NCBI GenBank assembly: GCA_046538485.1
Contig: JBKHIT010000005.1
Location: forward strand, 1-64,000
Source: Candidatus Brocadiia bacterium
GTDB taxonomy: Bacteria > Planctomycetota > Brocadiia > SM23-32
Direction of reading: 5' to 3'
DNA length: 64,000 bases
Below the pieces are notes generated by a model. It was given only the letters and a program-made list of their open reading frames with translations, made no database searches and was not told the origin of the DNA. Positions within the stretch are counted from its first letter, which is position 1; each line of letters starts with the position of its first letter. Shown in pieces: positions 59,254 through 64,000 of the stretch. A program made the position numbers and the translations under genes.

Positions 59254-59394
59254 ATGTTCGGTGACGTGGCCATAGTCGTGGGCGCAGTGATTTTCACGGT
59301 TGGGCTTCTGGGGGTTATTCGGGTCCTCGGCCACCGAATTAAACGAAAGCGTAAAAAAGATGGTAAAACTCCGCCATCGGGCCAGGAAAGCTGA
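59254..59394 (+). CDS. small single-TM protein (46 aa, not in ORF track)
   Basis: GGAG RBS. MFGDVAIVVGAVIFTVGLLGVIRVLGHRIKRKRKKDGKTPPSGQES has a hydrophobic helix then a basic cluster. Confidence 0.5.
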   Translation: MFGDVAIVVGAVIFTVGLLGVIRVLGHRIKRKRKKDGKTPPSGQES

Positions 59395-59557
59395 TTTTTT
59401 TGGGCGTTGAAAGCCGGGCAGAAAACCGGACATAGAGGCATCGGAACGCGGCATATTCGAAGGTTTTTCACTCATTCCAGGAAGCGCTTGAACGAAGCCC
59501 CTTCCGTCTGGTAGCTTTCCTTAATGAACCATTCCTCTAACCGGTTGGGATGAACAT

Positions 59558-60700
59558 ATGCGTAAAATCATTGTTTTGATCATTGCCGCGGCCGCCGTAG
59601 GAATTGTTATTTTGAGAACAGGGGAAACGGACCGGGATATCTCCTCAGAGGATTCCAAACCAGTTAAGTCTGACACCGCCTCAGGTGAAAGCCCCCCATC
59701 ACGTCTGGCTCTGCGGGCGGATAGAACTTTTGGCCAGGAGGGTCAGCAATCTGCGGATGAGGAGAGCTCCAGCGGCAAAACTTCTGCCGGGGCCGTTAAG
59801 GACTCCACCGATGAAGGGCAAAGAGTTGCCCGTGCCGAAAAACGGTCACCGAAAGCGGACTCTTCTCATGCGAGCAAGGAGAAGGGCGCATCTGGTGTGG
59901 CAAAATCGGAATTGCCGAGTTTCGCGGCATCAACGCCCTCGAAAATAAATCCCCATAGCCCTTCCGAAGAAAAACCGACTCGCCGCACCGATTCCGAACC
60001 GGTCCGCCGTGCCAGAGAATTGTTGGAAGAGGGCAATAAAGTAGAAGCACGCCGCGTGCTTACAGATATTTACCTGAATGGTTCGCCCGCGGCACGAGAA
60101 ATCGCCCACCGGTGCCTGCGGAAAATTAACGAAGAATTGGTTTTCAACCCCCGGAATATCGATGGGGCAAAAATCCACGTGGTCAAAGCTGGCGATACGC
60201 TGGGGAAAATCGGTCGCAAATACGGGGTGAACTGGCGCATGATCCGCCGAATTAACGGTCTCAGCAGGGGGGGTATGATTCGGTTAAATCAACAACTCAA
60301 AATTTTGACCGGCGATTGTGAAATATTGGTCGACAAAAGCGACTACCGGCTAACGCTTTTCATTGACGGAGTTTTCATCAAACAATATCCGGTTGGTCTC
60401 GGCAAAAATGATCGAACCCCGACGGCGGAATTTACGATCGATGATATGCTTGTCGAACCAGATTGGTATCCGCCGGGCGGAGGTGTGATTGAATACGGAG
60501 AAAAAGGCCACCTGATCGGTGAACGTTGGCTCGGACTCTGTGACAAACCCGGAGCAGCTGGGCTCGGTATACATGGAACAAATGAACCGGAGTCAATCGG
60601 GAAAATGTGTTCCAATGGATGCATTCGAATGCTGAATAAAGATGTCAAAGAGCTCTACGATCTCGTCAAAGTCGGAACCAAAGTCAAAATAGTAGAATAG
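59558..60700 (+). CDS. LysM-containing L,D-transpeptidase (YkuD family)
   Basis: HVVKAGDTLGKIGRKYGV (LysM), YPVGLGK, GIHGT..SNGCIRM catalytic motif. Confidence 0.93.
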   Translation: MRKIIVLIIAAAAVGIVILRTGETDRDISSEDSKPVKSDTASGESPPSRLALRADRTFGQEGQQSADEESSSGKTSAGAVKDSTDEGQRVARAEKRSPKADSSHASKEKGASGVAKSELPSFAASTPSKINPHSPSEEKPTRRTDSEPVRRARELLEEGNKVEARRVLTDIYLNGSPAAREIAHRCLRKINEELVFNPRNIDGAKIHVVKAGDTLGKIGRKYGVNWRMIRRINGLSRGGMIRLNQQLKILTGDCEILVDKSDYRLTLFIDGVFIKQYPVGLGKNDRTPTAEFTIDDMLVEPDWYPPGGGVIEYGEKGHLIGERWLGLCDKPGAAGLGIHGTNEPESIGKMCSNGCIRMLNKDVKELYDLVKVGTKVKIVE

Positions 60701-60706
60701 GGAAAC

Positions 60707-61339
60707 ATGGAATACGCCTCTGCAACGCTGAAACAGTATCTGACCGACGCCGCTTCCGATAAACCGGCACCGGGCGGCGGGAGCATCAGTGCGCTCGCCG
60801 GAGCCCTCGCCTCTTCAATGAGCGAAATGGCCGCGAATTTCACCACGGGGAAAGACAAATACGACGACGTGAAAGAAGATATTCAGGATGTTCTTCAAAC
60901 ACTCGAAGTGGCACGGCAAAAACTCCTTGCGCTTGTCGACGCTGATGTAAAAGCCTACGGTGCCGTCAATGAGGCTTATGGCATGCCAAAGGATACCGAC
61001 GAGCAAAAACAGGAGCGCCGGGAAGCGATCCAGGCTGCTCTGAAGGAGGCCATGAAAGTGCCCCTCAACATTATGCGGCAATGCCGGACCGTTTCAGAAA
61101 CCTCCGCTGATCTGGTTGGGATTGCCAACCAGAACTTGCTCACGGACGTCGCCGTAAGCGCTGTCCTCTCCGAAGCGGCATGTGCGGCAGCACGATTTAA
61201 CGTCGATGTTAACCTGAAATATATCAAAGATGATTCGGTGGCCGATGAGGTTTCTCCTGAGGTCGAAGAACTTATCGATGTTACAAAAAGCTGCCGCGCA
61301 AAGGTCGTTTCAACCGTCGCTGAATATCTCTCCAAATGA
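60707..61339 (+). CDS. formiminotetrahydrofolate cyclodeaminase / methenyl-THF cyclohydrolase family
   Basis: ASDKPAPGGGSISALAGAL, NQNLLTDVAV, NVDVNL. Confidence 0.88.
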   Translation: MEYASATLKQYLTDAASDKPAPGGGSISALAGALASSMSEMAANFTTGKDKYDDVKEDIQDVLQTLEVARQKLLALVDADVKAYGAVNEAYGMPKDTDEQKQERREAIQAALKEAMKVPLNIMRQCRTVSETSADLVGIANQNLLTDVAVSAVLSEAACAAARFNVDVNLKYIKDDSVADEVSPEVEELIDVTKSCRAKVVSTVAEYLSK

Positions 61340-61348
61340 GGTAAGACA

Positions 61349-61846
61349 ATGTCGGATGGCTATGCGGTGACCAAAACCCGGGTCGGGTGTTACGGTTGCG
61401 AGAAAGCATTCCAACCGGGAGAAGTCTACTTTTCCCTCCTTTTTGAAGAGGGTGACACTTTCAGCCGACGTGATTTCTGCAAAAAGTGCTGGGACAGCGC
61501 AGATAAAGAAAATGGGTTTTCGTTCTGGAAAACACGATGTCCCAAAGAGACCGGACCCCCGCGGATCGAAACGGAAGCTGTCCTGGAATTCTTCGAAAAG
61601 TTGGAGAATTCCAACTCCCCGAACCGGCAGGAAATGCGTTTTGTCCTGGCCCTGTTCCTGGCGCGCCGTAAAACGCTGAAGTTCAAATCGGTTGAGTCCG
61701 ATCAAAAAAACGGAGAAGAAGTGCTTGTATTCCGCCGGACGGGGACCGATGAAACGGTGCGAATACCCGATCCGGGGCTGACCGAAGAACAAATTGAAGC
61801 TACCACGGAGAAGCTGAAGGAACTCTTCTACGATCCTGTTATGTGA
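61349..61846 (+). CDS. conserved hypothetical protein with Cys pairs
   Basis: CYGC..RRDFCKKCW, FVLALFLARRKTLK. GAGG RBS, co-oriented with neighbours. Confidence 0.75.
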   Translation: MSDGYAVTKTRVGCYGCEKAFQPGEVYFSLLFEEGDTFSRRDFCKKCWDSADKENGFSFWKTRCPKETGPPRIETEAVLEFFEKLENSNSPNRQEMRFVLALFLARRKTLKFKSVESDQKNGEEVLVFRRTGTDETVRIPDPGLTEEQIEATTEKLKELFYDPVM

Positions 61847-61972
61847 AACACAGGTCCGGCCCGACAAACGCGGGGAAGTTTAAGTGCACCAACCACGCTC
61901 CAGTGGATATCGTTCCAGTCCCATACCTTATTCCTCCCGCTCGACTGTGAACATAATCCAAAAGAGGTTATT

Positions 61973-63400
61973 TTGAAGATTGTTGAACAGGTATTTAAAG
62001 CCAATGATATTCGCGGTGAATACCCGGACGAAATTGATGAGAAATTTGCGTATCTGCTGGGACAGGCCATCGGAGAGATCATAGGGGCAGAAAATGTTGT
62101 TATCGGGCGTGATAGCCGTCTGAGCTCGCCGAGCCTCAGTGCTTCCCTTGCCGCTGGGGTGGAACAAGCCGGGGGCAAGGTCGCATCGCTGGGAATATGT
62201 CCCGCCGAACTGACGTATTATGCCGTCACCGCGGAAAAACATTTCGATCACGCCGTCATGGTTACCGCCAGCCACAATCCGCCTCGCGACAACGGATTCA
62301 AGATCGTTGATGAAAATGCAGTGCCGGTGACATGCGAGAGCGGGTTGGAAGAAGTTAAAAACTGGGTGGCACTGGCAAATCCACCGCAGATCTTCCCCGT
62401 AGCGCGAGAAGCTGATTACTCTCTCCGGAAAGAGTACGTGGATTTTGCTGTGGAGATAGCCGGGATACCGGAGACAAAGGGGATGAAAATTGCAATTGAT
62501 CCGGCGAACGGAACGGGTGGTATCCTCTGGGATCGGCTTTCGGAAGCCACCGGTATCAGGCCACTGCGGTTAAACTTTGAACCGGACGGACGATTCCCTT
62601 CTCATGCGCCCAATCCTGCCAAACGAAAAAATTTGAAGCCGCTCAAAGATAAAGTTAATTCGGGAAATGCCAATCTGGGACTTGCTTACGATGGAGATGC
62701 CGACAGAACGGTGGCCATGACTGATGAGGGGGAAATCGTCGATGGCAGTGGTATGATTGCTCTCCTTATTGAATACTTATTCGGCAAAGATAAAAACGCT
62801 TGCTGTGCGGTCAGTATGACTACCAGCCGAAATGTTCTGGAGTGGATGCGAAATCGCGGGATGGAGCCGGAAATTGTGCCGGTGGGACACGCGAAGGTTA
62901 AACGTATAATGAACGACAGAGCGGATATCGATTTCGCTGGTGAAGAATCGGGACACTACTTCTATCGAAGTCTTTCCAATTGTGAGAGCTCCATTCTGAC
63001 CAGCCTCAACCTGTTTCATTTGCTCGCCAGAAGGCGTTTGAAACCTGTTTTGCGAGAAGTATCGGCAAAGTGGAAACGGCCCGTGTCCGAACCGGAATTC
63101 CCTTTCGACGAGAGGAAGAAAGCTACAGACGCCTGCAGATCCGCTGCCGAACGTTTTTTACATGGTGCACCTGAACCGCTGGAGATTATGTGCGAGCATA
63201 GCGGGGAGATTGTCCGTAATTGTACGACGGCCGATATCGCGGATTCTAACGGTGTTCGTGTGGATTTTGAAGACTGGTGGTTTGCCGTTCGGCCGTCGGG
63301 AACCGAACCTCTTGTTCGGCTGACCGGGGAGGCCGATAGCCACGAAGCCATCGCTGGGAAGCTTGCACCTCTGAAGAAGTGGTTGCAGGTCAATAAGTAG
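61973..63400 (+). CDS. phosphomannomutase/phosphoglucomutase
   Basis: FKANDIRG, TASHNP, DGDADR, GEESGH, RPSGTEP. Confidence 0.93.
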   Translation: MKIVEQVFKANDIRGEYPDEIDEKFAYLLGQAIGEIIGAENVVIGRDSRLSSPSLSASLAAGVEQAGGKVASLGICPAELTYYAVTAEKHFDHAVMVTASHNPPRDNGFKIVDENAVPVTCESGLEEVKNWVALANPPQIFPVAREADYSLRKEYVDFAVEIAGIPETKGMKIAIDPANGTGGILWDRLSEATGIRPLRLNFEPDGRFPSHAPNPAKRKNLKPLKDKVNSGNANLGLAYDGDADRTVAMTDEGEIVDGSGMIALLIEYLFGKDKNACCAVSMTTSRNVLEWMRNRGMEPEIVPVGHAKVKRIMNDRADIDFAGEESGHYFYRSLSNCESSILTSLNLFHLLARRRLKPVLREVSAKWKRPVSEPEFPFDERKKATDACRSAAERFLHGAPEPLEIMCEHSGEIVRNCTTADIADSNGVRVDFEDWWFAVRPSGTEPLVRLTGEADSHEAIAGKLAPLKKWLQVNK

Positions 63401-63512
63401 CGGTAACCGTTACGCTTGTGGTCTCTGCTTTTGCCTTATCTTTTCCGTTTCGGGTTCGTTTGTCCGTCGGGGGACTTGCGGTGTTGTTTAGACCTCCCTG
63501 CGTCCGGAAATA

Positions 63513-63541
63513 TTGACCGCGTGTCGGGAATGGGCTAGAAT
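63513..63541 (+). promoter_or_regulatory. putative sigma70 promoter
   Basis: TTGACC-N17-TAGAAT. Confidence 0.55.
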
Positions 63542-63590
63542 AACAATAGATCTTTTCTATGTTATTTCATGAAGACAGGATCACAGTTCT

Positions 63591-64000
63591 GTGTCCGATT
63601 ACGAAAAGAAAAAAGTCCGGAACCTCCATCGTACAATCGATGAGGTACGTAAAAGGGCGGCAGCGCTGAACCATTGGAATGGGATTTTTGCCGCATTGGG
63701 GATCGTTATAGTGTACCTGGGAGTGGGAGCATTAATGACCAGTTGGTTGCCGTGGCTTGCGATGTTGCGGGTGCCATTCTGGGCGCTCGCTGGTGTTCTG
63801 GGGATCGGAACTTACTGGTGGCAAGGGCCACGGTTTCTGCGTTACTACGAGAGCGATGAGCAGATAGCAAAATTGATCGAGCGAGAATGTCCTGAGGTGG
63901 GGGATGTTCCCATCAATGCCATCCAACTGGAGAAGGAACTGGAATCGGGCACCTCGTTTTCTCGAGATTTGATTGGCGGTTTTCTGCGAAAAGCAGAGGA
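63591..64000 (+). CDS. 5' part of a membrane protein (DUF4175-like N-terminus), runs off the window
   Basis: Own translation from GTG: MSDYEKKKVRNLHRTIDEVRKR..two TM helices..IAKLIERECPEVGDVPINAIQL, open to the window end. Confidence 0.65.
   Translation, partial: MSDYEKKKVRNLHRTIDEVRKRAAALNHWNGIFAALGIVIVYLGVGALMTSWLPWLAMLRVPFWALAGVLGIGTYWWQGPRFLRYYESDEQIAKLIERECPEVGDVPINAIQLEKELESGTSFSRDLIGGFLRKAE

Overview
About 37 protein genes from a bacterium that looks Planctomycetota/PVC-like (inference from the LepB with Cys4 inserts and from the large secreted glycan enzymes). No rRNA, tRNA, CRISPR array, intact transposase or integrase was seen. The window has three zones. (1) 1-22 kb is a divergent glycan-degradation locus of mostly unclassified enzymes: an esterase, two paralogous heparinase-II/III-like putative lyases, a GH42-like enzyme, two paralogous DUF6067-like putative hydrolases, an aromatic-rich lipoprotein and a beta-helix protein with a tailspike-like tail. 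(2) 22-43 kb is an accessory zone with GT2, two SLC13/TrkA-C transporters, CopA, an outer-membrane barrel, GH130, MgtE, an AAA_14/DUF4143 ATPase and an arylsulfotransferase-sulfatase pair. It is dense with MITE/REP repeats and with decayed AbiEi, IS3 and type IIG R-M stubs. The most unusual signal is here: two adjacent transposase-free blocks (about 28541-30261 and 30616-37982), each bracketed by the same conserved left and right ends, with the right end carrying an inward-facing sigma70 promoter. (3) 43-64 kb is largely housekeeping: E1 alpha/beta, trpD, EF-G2, hisA, lepA-lepB, L,D-transpeptidase, cyclohydrolase and phosphohexomutase. All family calls come from motif recognition by eye; no database searches were run.
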